A stretch of 40,234 nucleotides of DNA, from positions 1-40,234 of the IMG/VR virus record IMGVR_UViG_3300032257_000040. One strand, 5' to 3'. This document shows, piece by piece, positions 9,384 to 17,682 of this stretch. A model generated the notes under the pieces. That model did not search any database and was not told where the DNA came from. It saw nothing but the letters and a program-made list of their open reading frames with translations. The position numbers were made by a program, and so were the translations under genes. This DNA is from a virus (taxonomy: Duplodnaviria; Caudoviricetes). Numbering within the stretch: position 1 is the first letter of the stretch; the number at the start of each line of letters is the position of its first letter.

Positions 9384-9965
9384 ATGAACGAGACAGCAGA
9401 CAATCAAGTAACGCTAACGGAATTAAGGGGTGATATCAAGTCACTCTCTGAAAGCGTTGCTATATTCTTCGCGGGGCAGAAAGAGCATAATCGAGATACT
9501 GACATTTCGATTAAGGCTCTCAACGCTCGCGTGTTGTCTCGCGGTAAATTCTCCTATCAGCTATTCTTTGGAATCCTCGGCGCGGTGGTTATGTGTTTGA
9601 CTCCGGCAAGCGCAATTATCGGAATGTACGTTAATGGCAAATCAGCGCAACACGTCAAGGAAGAGGAAAAAATCTCAGATAGGATCGATGAACTAAAGGA
9701 GCGTTTGATTGAGATAAACGAGATCCAAAACAATCTACTTACTGCAAGAGGTGAATGGATGACTGATACCGGAGAAAGGCAAGCGGAAATCAGAAATCAG
9801 GTTGACCGGAACACTCTCGACCTATCGCGGACTATCGGAAATCGGTGGTCTTCCGAAATGGAAAAACTGAGGAACGAAAGGAATCTGGAAGTCTTCAACC
9901 GTCATTCAAACGATATAGAGGTTCTAAAATCAGAGCTTCGATCTATTCGGAAAATAGGCGGCTAA
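9384..9965 (+). CDS. single-TM coiled-coil membrane protein
   Basis: ORF track 9360-9965, ATG 9384 more likely; TM segment LFFGILGAVVMCLTPASAIIGMYV flanked by coiled coils. Confidence 0.7.
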   Translation: MNETADNQVTLTELRGDIKSLSESVAIFFAGQKEHNRDTDISIKALNARVLSRGKFSYQLFFGILGAVVMCLTPASAIIGMYVNGKSAQHVKEEEKISDRIDELKERLIEINEIQNNLLTARGEWMTDTGERQAEIRNQVDRNTLDLSRTIGNRWSSEMEKLRNERNLEVFNRHSNDIEVLKSELRSIRKIGG

Positions 9966-9983
9966 ACAATTCGACTCATGCGG

Positions 9984-10025
9984 AAAGCCTCGCTTGGCCT
10001 AGTGCCGGGCGGGGCTTTTTGTTTT
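9984..10025 (+). terminator. intrinsic terminator
   Basis: AAAGCCTCGCTTGGC-CTAGT-GCCGGGCGGGGCTTT stem followed by T-rich tail. Confidence 0.85.
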
Positions 10026-10032
10026 GCTCCGA

Positions 10033-10052
10033 TCCCGTTTACACTTTACTTT
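10033..10052 (+). promoter_or_regulatory. candidate late promoter motif TCCCGTTTACACTTTACTTT
   Basis: Lies right after the terminator and before the capsid gene; repeated at 5797 and 26742. Confidence 0.65.
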
Positions 10053-10070
10053 ATAAACAGCTTTTCAAAA

Positions 10071-10137
10071 GGCCCTTTCTTTAGGACTACCCAATGGAGC
10101 GGCACACATATCGAGTGGCCCGTTCATCGGATTACCA
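10071..10137 (+). promoter_or_regulatory. twin internal-loop hairpins in capsid 5' leader
   Basis: GG-C-CCT(TTCTTT)AGG-ACTA-CC at 10071-10091 and GG-C-CCG(TTCAT)CGG-ATTA-CC at 10117-10136. Confidence 0.55.
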
Positions 10138-10183
10138 AACGAGTGGAAGTAACGATTCTAACTCAATTAACTAAAGAAAAATT

Positions 10184-11104
10184 ATGGCACTTAATCAGGC
10201 GCTTGCTGTACCCGAGCATTATCGGCGCAAATTTGAAGACACATGGGGGCATGTTGTCCAGCAGGACCGTAAGAAACTCGCAAACCGAGTTACTATGCGG
10301 AATTTCACAGGTAAGGAAAAAGTCTTTACTGATTTGGATGAATTGACCGTCGTTCCTCGTGGGCGCCGTCAACAGTCCAGCCCAGTTGAGGCCGAAGGTC
10401 TTAAGCGGAAGATGACTAAGGAAGAATTCAAGGTGCAGGTCATTTTTGACCAGTCCGACGATGAATTCCTTGCGGAGATGGGACAACCCAACTCTGAGGT
10501 TATCGAAGCTATGCGAATGGCATGGTGGAAGTCTAACGATACCGCTATTGGTACTTCATTCGATGCAACCGTTTACGGTGGCGTTGATCCTTACGTTACC
10601 GCGATCGATCTTCCTTCTACTCAGAAGGTGGCAGTGAACTACGTTGATTCTGGATCTCCAGCAAACAGCGGGTTGACTCCTGAGAAAATCATCAAGGCAG
10701 TAAACATCCTTGAGGAAAACGAAATCGATCCGATGGAAGAGGAAGTCTGTATTGCACTTAATCCAAAGTGCAAGCTGGATCTCCTTGCCTATACTCGTGA
10801 CGCAAGTAACGATATTTGGGCCGCGATGATTTCCGCATGGTTGGAAGGGCGAGACAATAAATTGTTTGGCCTTACTCCCGTGATGTCAAACCGTCTCTAT
10901 AACGACGTTTCGACCGATATCGATACCGTGGCAGTTTATTCTAAGCCTCGCGGTATCTACTTCGCTGAAGACGATTTGGAGATCAAAATGGACATCCTCC
11001 CAACGGAAGATCACGCTTTGCAAATCAGCGGGTATGGTCGCCGGGCGGTGATGCGGAAATACGAAAAAGGCGTTGTTACTATCGCTTGTGATCGCACTCC
11101 TTAA
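10184..11104 (+). CDS. major capsid protein (BPP-1/T7-like podophage)
   Basis: 306 aa; QQ..KL, GLTPEKII..., FG...VMSNRL and GRRAVMRKYEKGVVTIAC motifs; follows scaffold. Confidence 0.92.
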   Translation: MALNQALAVPEHYRRKFEDTWGHVVQQDRKKLANRVTMRNFTGKEKVFTDLDELTVVPRGRRQQSSPVEAEGLKRKMTKEEFKVQVIFDQSDDEFLAEMGQPNSEVIEAMRMAWWKSNDTAIGTSFDATVYGGVDPYVTAIDLPSTQKVAVNYVDSGSPANSGLTPEKIIKAVNILEENEIDPMEEEVCIALNPKCKLDLLAYTRDASNDIWAAMISAWLEGRDNKLFGLTPVMSNRLYNDVSTDIDTVAVYSKPRGIYFAEDDLEIKMDILPTEDHALQISGYGRRAVMRKYEKGVVTIACDRTP

Positions 11105-11137
11105 TCAATCAACCTAAATAGAAAGTAAAAATATATT

Positions 11138-11596
11138 ATGGCAGATTTAACTACAACATTTCGCGCTTCTGAACTGGCTCGCTCGTATTCTCTTCATGAG
11201 AATCCTAGCTACAACGGACGGAAGAAAGCGGTAAAATATGCGGAGGATAGCTACACTTTTGCGGCTACTCCATCAGCAAATGATAATGTCGTTATCGGAA
11301 CTCTCGGCGCTCCCGGGAAACTGATTCCAGAACTTACCAAAATCGCTTCGGTGACTGGTGCAATTTCTGGTGTTGGAAAATTCGAGAAAGTTTCCGAAGA
11401 TGGAACTGTGACCGCCTTAACGGGTGATTGTACCTTCAACGACAACGTTGTTTCTCCAGCTCGGATCTCCGGGAATACCTTGGTTTCCTTTTTGGCAACC
11501 GATGTAATCCAGTTCACGATCACCACCGTGACTGCAATCGTTTCTACCGATGTTATCGGTATTGAGATTGCATGGGCTTCCGACGAAACTCTCTAA
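11138..11596 (+). CDS. probable capsid decoration/cement protein
   Basis: 152 aa, beta-rich, co-transcribed with MCP and followed by a terminator. Confidence 0.7.
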   Translation: MADLTTTFRASELARSYSLHENPSYNGRKKAVKYAEDSYTFAATPSANDNVVIGTLGAPGKLIPELTKIASVTGAISGVGKFEKVSEDGTVTALTGDCTFNDNVVSPARISGNTLVSFLATDVIQFTITTVTAIVSTDVIGIEIAWASDETL

Positions 11597-11618
11597 ACAT
11601 TGCTTGGTAGCATAACTC

Positions 11619-11666
11619 GTTTCCCTGGCTGTTTGGTGGTCAGGCAGTCAGGGAAACACTTTTTTT
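11619..11666 (+). terminator. intrinsic terminator after capsid genes
   Basis: GTTTCCCTGGCTGTTTG-GTGGT-CAGGCAGTCAGGGAAAC followed by T7. Confidence 0.9.
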
Positions 11667-11670
11667 AGAC

Positions 11671-14661
11671 ATGGACGAACTAGACATTGCAAATCTGGCA
11701 TTAAGCCAACTCGGGGAGGCTTCCCGGATGGTGACTTATAACGAGAATACACCGAATGCAATTGCGGTTCGTCTCCATTACGAAAGAACTCGCGATTCTC
11801 TCTTGCGCTCTCACCCGTGGAACTTCGCAGGGGAGAGAGCTGACCTAACGGCCGATGCAACGGCGCCAACTTTCGGGTATGCATACCGCTACCCAATTCC
11901 AGCCGATTCTTTGCTGGTCAAAACAGTCAACGGGACCGAAGCGGGACTGGCTGACACCTACTTTACGATTGAAGGCGATTGGATTCTCACCGATTCGGCA
12001 AGCTGCAAGATTACCTATGTCAAACAGGTGACAGATGAGGACGATTTTGATCCTCTATTTGTCGAAGTTTTCACATTCATGCTCGCGGCGGCGATTGCGC
12101 TCGATGTAACGCACGATTCAGCTAAACGCCAAGCAATGCTGGCAAGCGCGGCGGGAATGCTCGACGAAGCGCAATGGACAGACGCGAGCGAAACAAAGGT
12201 AAAAGTACGATCCCCAATATCGGGAAGGCATAGCCGACGGAACGGTTTTTTTTTAAATAACTATTATTGCGACGACACTATGAGCGCTGAACAAGGAGAC
12301 CCCGGAGAAAACGGATACAGTCCAACTTATGCACTGGTAACAAATGGCGACGAAGTTGTCATGGAGCTTACCGGGTGGGCGCAAGCCGGGGGAGGGGAGC
12401 CGGATACCGGATACATTGGAGCGGCAGGAATTACCGGGACTATCGGAGACGCCCAGAATTTACGTGGTCTTGATGGTGCACCGGGAACGGGGCTATCACC
12501 ACAAGGCGCATGGAGCGGCGCGACAGCATACGCAGAAGACGACGCGGTTACGCACAACGGAGAACTTTACTATACTGATTCGGCTTCTATTGCTGACACG
12601 CCTGGCGTTGCGGCTAACTGGATCAAGATCGTTGAAAAGGGCGCGACAGGCTCGCAAGGGCCACAAGGTAACACGGGCGCGACAGGGGCAACCGGGGCAG
12701 CCGGAACGAACGGCACGAATGGAACGAACGGCACAAATGGAACAGACGGGGATGACGCGTACGTTTATATTGCTTATGCGAGCGATGCGAGCGGTACGGA
12801 TTTTACAACAACGTTTGATTCCGCTCTCGATTATATCGCGGTAAAGAATACCACCACGGCGATAGGCTCGCCATCATCCGGGGATTTCTCGGGACTCTGG
12901 AAAAATTACAAAGGCGCAACCGGGGCGAACGGCTCGACAGGTGCGACAGGGGCAGCGGGAAGCACTGGCGCAACAGGCGCGGCGGGATCGGACGGGGAAA
13001 GCGGCGGGATTGAATGGACGTTCGATAATCCGACCACTTCAAGCGATCCAGGATCTGGCGTTTTTAAAATGAATGACGGGTCTATGGCTTCGGTCACTTC
13101 CTTTTATATCGATGATCTAGACACGGGCGCGGCAGATCTTAGCGCGTGGCTTTCGACTTGGGACGATTCTGATTCGACCGTAAAAGGTCAGCTTGTCGTA
13201 AAGGAATCAGGAACGGCGGCAGTGGGTGTCTTCAATGTAACTGCGGTAACTGATAATACGGGTTGGTTTACGATCACGGTTTCATATATCGCGGGATCTG
13301 GTGGCGTCACAGAATTTACAGACGGAACGAATTGCTTGTTTAACTTTTACCGGACAGGCGACAAGGGCGCGGCCGGGGCTGGTGGTGGCGACGTTGCGGG
13401 ACCGGGCGCGGCAGTAGTTGATAATAGAATTGTAACTTGGGACGGCATTGGCGGCGCGACGATTCAGGATGGTGGCTCGACTATCGCAAACGTTCTTGAT
13501 CGTGCTAATCATACCGGAACACAAGCGCTTTCGACAATCTCGGATGCGGGAACAGCGGCAGCAAGCGCAACTGGGGATTTTGCAACGGCGGCGCAAGGGA
13601 TTCTAGCCGATTCATCGGTTCAGCCTGGCGATGCACTATCAAGTTTAGACACGACCGTAACAGGAACGCAACTCAACAGCATTAAATCAGATGTTGACGC
13701 ACTTGGGACGGCGGCAAATTCAGCAACGGGAGATTTCGCAACGGCGGCACAGGGAACGCTTGCTGATTCAGCAGTTCAGCCGGGGGATGCTCTAAGCTCT
13801 CTTGATACTACGGTAACAGGGGCGGAACTCAACACCATAGCAACCGATGTTGCGACGAATAACGCCAAGACATCGAACGCGACTCACACCGGAGACGTCA
13901 CCGGATCGGGAACGCTCACGATTGCGAGTAATGCAGTTACAACGGCGAAGATTCTCGATTCAAACGTAACGCTTGCGAAAATTGCGGACGTATCTGCAAC
14001 AAGCCGAATCATCGGAAGGAAAACAGCATCGTCTGGAGTGCAGGAAGAATGTACACTTTCGGAAATTCTTGATTTCATCGGATCGGCAACAAGTGGCGAT
14101 ATTCTTTATCGTGGCGCTTCCTCTTGGTCGAGGCTCGCGAAAGGTTCTGATGACGACGTTTTAACACTGGCGAGCGGGATTCCTTCGTGGAGTGCGCCAA
14201 GCGGGGGCGGGGGAAAAATCGCGCAGATGTTGACTCTGTCTGATTCAGCAGTTGATACTATCACAACAGTATTCCCTTACGATGATACGATACCGCAAAA
14301 CACGGAGGGGGATGAGGTTTTTTCTCAGGCAATCACACCGACTAATGCGAGTAGTACGCTTATCCTGGAATTTCTCGGGAATGTTGTTGGAAATGGAGCT
14401 ATGCGAGTCGGGGGCGCATTTTTTGTTGACTCTACAGCTAACGCAATAGGGACTAATGGCCTTTGGATAGAAAATTCTTCTCGGCCAGGTTTATTGAACT
14501 GCCGTCTAATTATTAGCGCCGGATCGACTTCTGCAAGAACTTATAAATTTCGTTGTGGCCCATCGACGGGAACTCTCTACAGAAATTCGATGACAACCAC
14601 AACACACAAGTACGGTGATACGATGCAATCAACATTCACGATTACTGAAATCACTCCATAA
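11671..14661 (+). CDS. tail adaptor (tubular protein A) fused to collagen-like tail fibre
   Basis: aa 1-190: IANLALSQLG..RSHPWNFA..YAYRYPIPAD..FDPLF adaptor motifs; then G-X-Y repeats, a CBM5/12-like WSGATAY..VTHNGELY module, DRANHTGTQ fibre motifs and a beta-rich tip. Confidence 0.88.
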   Translation: MDELDIANLALSQLGEASRMVTYNENTPNAIAVRLHYERTRDSLLRSHPWNFAGERADLTADATAPTFGYAYRYPIPADSLLVKTVNGTEAGLADTYFTIEGDWILTDSASCKITYVKQVTDEDDFDPLFVEVFTFMLAAAIALDVTHDSAKRQAMLASAAGMLDEAQWTDASETKVKVRSPISGRHSRRNGFFLNNYYCDDTMSAEQGDPGENGYSPTYALVTNGDEVVMELTGWAQAGGGEPDTGYIGAAGITGTIGDAQNLRGLDGAPGTGLSPQGAWSGATAYAEDDAVTHNGELYYTDSASIADTPGVAANWIKIVEKGATGSQGPQGNTGATGATGAAGTNGTNGTNGTNGTDGDDAYVYIAYASDASGTDFTTTFDSALDYIAVKNTTTAIGSPSSGDFSGLWKNYKGATGANGSTGATGAAGSTGATGAAGSDGESGGIEWTFDNPTTSSDPGSGVFKMNDGSMASVTSFYIDDLDTGAADLSAWLSTWDDSDSTVKGQLVVKESGTAAVGVFNVTAVTDNTGWFTITVSYIAGSGGVTEFTDGTNCLFNFYRTGDKGAAGAGGGDVAGPGAAVVDNRIVTWDGIGGATIQDGGSTIANVLDRANHTGTQALSTISDAGTAAASATGDFATAAQGILADSSVQPGDALSSLDTTVTGTQLNSIKSDVDALGTAANSATGDFATAAQGTLADSAVQPGDALSSLDTTVTGAELNTIATDVATNNAKTSNATHTGDVTGSGTLTIASNAVTTAKILDSNVTLAKIADVSATSRIIGRKTASSGVQEECTLSEILDFIGSATSGDILYRGASSWSRLAKGSDDDVLTLASGIPSWSAPSGGGGKIAQMLTLSDSAVDTITTVFPYDDTIPQNTEGDEVFSQAITPTNASSTLILEFLGNVVGNGAMRVGGAFFVDSTANAIGTNGLWIENSSRPGLLNCRLIISAGSTSARTYKFRCGPSTGTLYRNSMTTTTHKYGDTMQSTFTITEITP
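12246..12260 (+). other. T9 tract / T TTT TTA slippery site at adaptor-fibre junction
   Basis: GGT TTT TTT TTA AAT AAC; both shifted frames hit TAA immediately. Confidence 0.5.
13549..13851 (+). repeat. tandem 156-bp (52-aa) duplication inside the tail fibre
   Basis: GTAA.SATGDFATAAQG.LADS.VQPGDALSSLDTTVTG..LN occurs twice, starting at 13549 and 13705. Confidence 0.9.
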
Positions 14662-16932
14662 ATGCGAGCAATCAAAACAGCGTTCAACGGTGGCGAGTTT
14701 TCGCCTTTGATGGTGTCGCGAGTCGATGCGGAAAAACACCCGTTTTCTGCGCGGATCATGGAAAACTTTATCCCGAAAGTTTACGGGGGTGCATTTCGCA
14801 GGCCGGGAACTATCTATCTTGATGAGGTTGGAGACGATACGGACGAAGTTAGGCTGATCGCTTTCAACGTTTCCGCAACTGCTCGGTACGTGTTGGAGTT
14901 GGGGGATTTGTATTGCCGGATCTGGAACAGTGACGGAACGCTTTTAACTGACTCAAGCGGAACGGTTTCACTCACTACACCATACCGGGGAGAGGATATT
15001 TTCGACGTTCAATTTGTGGTATTGAATAACGTGGGGTTTTTCACTCACCCTCTCTACACTCAACAGCGGATAACCCGGGCTTATGATGATTCAGAATCGA
15101 AATTTCTTTTTACCTGGGACGCGATGCCGATTGACACGCCATGTTTCCGGGATACGAATCAGACAGTAATCACCGCGACACCGGCAGCAGTCACCGGGAC
15201 AACAACGATCGCGTTTTCCTCTGACATTTTCGACGAACACGAAACGCTTGCTGATTACATCGGGGCGAAAATCGAAATCACACACAGGCGAGAGGAATCT
15301 CATATTACACTGGATCTCGACGCTACAGGAACGAGCAGTTCGATTAATGTTGTCGGTACTTTTTCTGTGATCACTTACGGCACTTGGGACGGTGAACTGT
15401 TGATTCAGCAACAGGACGAAACCGGGGCATGGATCGATATTCGATCTTTCACAAGCGTGGAAGATCGGAATGTTTCGCTTGATAGTTTCGTTGATGAGAA
15501 CCGGGCATTAAGGCTCGACTATACTGCGACAACAGCCGGGACCGGGGCGCCTCGGGCAGTACTTGAAGTTGACGACTCGCGAGAATCGGGAATCGCGACT
15601 ATCACGGGGATTACCTACCCAGCCGGAGTTGCAACAGCGGCGGTAACGATAGATTCCGATCTGGTATCAACCGACGCAACTACGCTTTGGAGTCTGGAAG
15701 CATGGGGCGAGTATTGCGGTTATCCTCGTTGTATCGCTTTTCACGAATCGAGATTATGGTTTGGAGGGACGAATTTAGAGCCGAACACATTTTGGGCCTC
15801 GAAGCAAAACGGGTTCTTTGATTATGAAAGGGGTGTTTTCGATGCGGATTCACTTTCGTTTACACTGGCGGCGCAGGAAGGAAGCTCAATCAATTCTATG
15901 CTCAGCCATGAGGCGCTTATATTTTTTACAGAGTCGGAAGAGTGGACAGCGACAACAAGCGACAAAACAGCCATTTCCCCAACTAATATTTTTGTTCGCC
16001 GGCAATCTCGGTATGGTTCAGATTTTCAACAATCGATCATTGCTAGTAATTCGATTCTCTTTGTTCAGCGGGGATCGAGGAAATTGAGGGACTTCATTTA
16101 CTCGGCCCGGGAAAGCGGGGGGCAGTCCGAAGATCTTTCGGTTCTGTCTGAACATCTCGTTCGATCGGGAATCAAGCAGATAGCGCTTCAACAGCAGCCT
16201 GATCCTGTTCTATGGGTGGTCACGGATGACGGTGATTTAGTATCTGTCACCTATGAGGCAAACCAAAACGTTACGGGATGGACGAAACACCCGACGACCG
16301 GAACCGTGGAAAGCGTGGCGGTAATTTACGGGACTTCCCCGAACGACGATGAGGTTTGGATTGTTGCGAATCGCAATAGTAGCAGATATGTCGAGCGGAT
16401 CAATCCACAAGCGACGATTGCGCTGGAGGATGAAGACACGGAGAAAATGGTCTATACAGATTCTTCTGTAATTTACGATGGAGCGGCCACAACAACAATT
16501 ACCGGTCTAGATCATCTCGAAGGGTTAGAGGTCGATATTGTCGCAGATGGGAGCCAGGTCACAGCTAAAACCGTTTCGTCCGGCTCGATCACTCTTGATG
16601 CGGCGGCAAGTTTCGTGGTAGTCGGGCTTTCGTATACCTCGACGCTGCAACCGTCTATCATCGCAACGTCTCTTGAGGATGGCACTTCATTAGGTCGGCG
16701 CGTGGTATGCAAACAGGTCCATCTCCAGCTTTGGAAGTCTCGCGGGATCGAGCTAGCCGATAGTTCAACGAGCACGTTTTACGATATCGGCGCAACGACA
16801 CTTACAACCGGAGAAATCGACGTAAATAACGGCGGTTCACACCGGGATAATATCGACGTAACAGTCAGACAGACGGCACCGTATCCAGCGGCAATTTTAG
16901 CAATGATTCTTGAATTCGACATATTGGGATAA
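14662..16932 (+). CDS. tail nozzle (tubular protein B, T7 gp12-like)
   Basis: FNGGEFSP..RVD, RRPGT, YPRCIAFHESRLWFGG and GLDHLEG motifs. Confidence 0.93.
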   Translation: MRAIKTAFNGGEFSPLMVSRVDAEKHPFSARIMENFIPKVYGGAFRRPGTIYLDEVGDDTDEVRLIAFNVSATARYVLELGDLYCRIWNSDGTLLTDSSGTVSLTTPYRGEDIFDVQFVVLNNVGFFTHPLYTQQRITRAYDDSESKFLFTWDAMPIDTPCFRDTNQTVITATPAAVTGTTTIAFSSDIFDEHETLADYIGAKIEITHRREESHITLDLDATGTSSSINVVGTFSVITYGTWDGELLIQQQDETGAWIDIRSFTSVEDRNVSLDSFVDENRALRLDYTATTAGTGAPRAVLEVDDSRESGIATITGITYPAGVATAAVTIDSDLVSTDATTLWSLEAWGEYCGYPRCIAFHESRLWFGGTNLEPNTFWASKQNGFFDYERGVFDADSLSFTLAAQEGSSINSMLSHEALIFFTESEEWTATTSDKTAISPTNIFVRRQSRYGSDFQQSIIASNSILFVQRGSRKLRDFIYSARESGGQSEDLSVLSEHLVRSGIKQIALQQQPDPVLWVVTDDGDLVSVTYEANQNVTGWTKHPTTGTVESVAVIYGTSPNDDEVWIVANRNSSRYVERINPQATIALEDEDTEKMVYTDSSVIYDGAATTTITGLDHLEGLEVDIVADGSQVTAKTVSSGSITLDAAASFVVVGLSYTSTLQPSIIATSLEDGTSLGRRVVCKQVHLQLWKSRGIELADSSTSTFYDIGATTLTTGEIDVNNGGSHRDNIDVTVRQTAPYPAAILAMILEFDILG

Positions 16933-17681
16933 TGTTTTTTTTACCGGCACTACTTGGGGCGGCTGGAAAAGCCGTGGGAATATTCGGGCAACTTGGCGCG
17001 GCGGATCAGCGCGAAGAAATTGCTGCGATGAATTTTCAGATCGAATCGCAGAACGCAACGGTTCAACGCCAGCAAACAAATCAATCTCTATCGTTTAAAG
17101 CGCTCGGCAACAGTCTCCAGCATCGAACGACGCAACTAAACGCGCAACTCGCACTCGGAGACGCGGATATGATGGACCGCAACGCGAACCGTATGCGAGA
17201 GTTTGCAGAGTTGAAGACCAAAGAGGGGAGGGAAGCAGTCAGGCGCAGGAGACGGCAATTTGAGGCGTTTCAAAGCACACAGCAATCCGTCATTGGTTCC
17301 AGTGGTGTTGATATGTCTGGTAGCGCTCTTGATGTGCTGGTTGATACAGCCGGACAGATGGCAATCGCCATCGAAGACATGCACGATTCGATAGCTTTTG
17401 AACGGGCCGAAACTCTGGATAAAGCGACAATGACACAATTTCAGGCCGGGCAACAAAGAATCGGGGCGCAAGCAGAGCAGCAATTCGGGCGAGTCGCTAA
17501 CAAATTGAACCGGGGCGCAATCCGATTAGGAAGGATTTCGGCGGATCTCCAATACAACAGCGCTATGATGAGCGCCGAAATGAATCTTTTGAATCAACAA
17601 TCAGCGGCAGCGGGTCAGCGAACTTCTGCTTTCGGGAGCGCTTTATCTGGCGCGGGTTCGTTTATCCAATCAGTTTTGTAA
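16932..17681 (+). CDS. internal virion (ejection) protein, T7 gp14-like
   Basis: Ala/Gln-rich; SGVDMSGSALDV motif; follows the nozzle. Confidence 0.8.
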   Translation: MFFLPALLGAAGKAVGIFGQLGAADQREEIAAMNFQIESQNATVQRQQTNQSLSFKALGNSLQHRTTQLNAQLALGDADMMDRNANRMREFAELKTKEGREAVRRRRRQFEAFQSTQQSVIGSSGVDMSGSALDVLVDTAGQMAIAIEDMHDSIAFERAETLDKATMTQFQAGQQRIGAQAEQQFGRVANKLNRGAIRLGRISADLQYNSAMMSAEMNLLNQQSAAAGQRTSAFGSALSGAGSFIQSVL

Positions 17682-17682
17682 C

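Noticed and set aside
9978-10346. 122-aa ORF before the capsid
   Set aside because: It runs across a terminator, the promoter motif and the structured leader, and overlaps MCP out of frame.
11671-14661. Diversity-generating retroelement, given the BPP-1-like structural module
   Set aside because: No reverse transcriptase ORF, and I found no TR/VR pair differing at adenines. The fibre duplication is in-frame with synonymous changes.
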